A stretch of DNA of 61,277 nucleotides, filler included, from Globobulimina sp. (Eukaryota), in assembly GCA_003354225.1 (NCBI GenBank). It is 8 parts of 8 records of this genome, joined end to end, with 100 filler letters (N's around TTAATTAATTAA, not from the genome) between each part and the next. Parts side by side here need not be neighbours in the genome. Positions count along the whole stretch, not along the records: positions 53,750 to 61,277 come from PIVH01000143.1; 7 more parts are not named here. One strand, given 5' to 3'. Every line of letters starts with the position of its first letter. Positions within the stretch are counted from its first letter, which is position 1. A program made the translations under genes and the position numbers. Positions 60,787-61,277 of this stretch are shown piece by piece. The notes under the pieces were generated by a model that was not told the DNA's origin, searched no databases, and saw only the letters and a list, made by a program, of their open reading frames with translations.

Positions 60787-61277
60787 TTTATTTTTATTGC
60801 TTCCCTGTTTGCTCTTTTTGTGACTTACTACCTTATTTTATTCTATTTATTTTTGTAATTAGTTGCGCTAAATCTGCCACGTTAGTTCTTGCTCTATCTC
60901 TCCTGACGTTTAGTAGGGCAAAGAAAAAGTTTTCAACAAACAGTAATCAAACAACACACTCAAAAACACTTTCCCACACACAATATAACAGAAACACTTT
61001 TTATCTCAAATTCTATGAAACCTCTGTTATAAAGTAACAATCAGTTTTATTTATGAATTCTCGATGTGGACAAATATTAAATTTATTAATTTAATTTAAA
61101 TTATTATTTGTTCAATCAAACAAATAATCTTATCCCAAATACTAATACATTTCAGGAATAATATCCATTTCGTAAATCTAATAATAATCAAACTTAAAAT
61201 AACTAATTTATTGTCCAAATCGTAATTCATTTCTCTCCTTCAATCTTATCCTTTGTCAATTGCTTCTGATAATCCTT

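Larger units (their letters stand above)
53750..61277 (-). mobile_element. Tyrosine-recombinase retrotransposon (DIRS/Ngaro-type order gag, RT/RH, YR), degenerate
   Basis: Co-oriented gag-like, RT-RNase H and tyrosine recombinase frames; no protease or DDE integrase; several stops and frameshifts. Confidence 0.88.

Noticed and set aside
1-61277. Functional clustering of Ty3, DIRS-type element and host genes as one system
   Set aside because: They lie on different contigs; adjacency is an artefact.

Overview
This is not one locus. It is eight separate contigs of an AT-rich, gene-dense eukaryote, joined by seven identical artificial 100-nt linkers (44 N, TTAATTAATTAA, 44 N) and sorted by descending length (7602, 7596, 7590, 7586, 7570, 7569, 7536, 7528 nt). 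Adjacency across linkers is therefore meaningless. Short GT-AG introns, Rac paralogues, PT-repeat surface proteins and 7TM proteins suggest a protist, possibly foraminiferan/rhizarian (inference only). Recognisable host genes: two Rac GTPases (one with an in-frame TAA), TMEM135-like, Gpc1-like acyltransferase (frameshifted), BLTP1/Csf1-like C-terminal half, WD40, DMT transporter end, 7TM protein, kelch protein, a B-lectin/Calx-beta/TSP1 receptor, a USP9X/24/34-like N-terminal-only protein, a GH28, a zeta-toxin-like P-loop protein, a STMP1-like microprotein and a TRIP12/Ufd4-like HECT ligase. Two contigs are entirely retroelements. Contig 3 is a Ty3/gypsy element with uninterrupted gag and pol, very short LTRs and a D-E-G protease motif. 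Contig 8 is a decayed tyrosine-recombinase (DIRS/Ngaro-type) element that closes on itself as a 7409-nt unit and carries an apparent SAM-like domain inserted inside its reverse transcriptase; this is the most unusual observation. All family calls are by-eye motif recognition; no searches were run.
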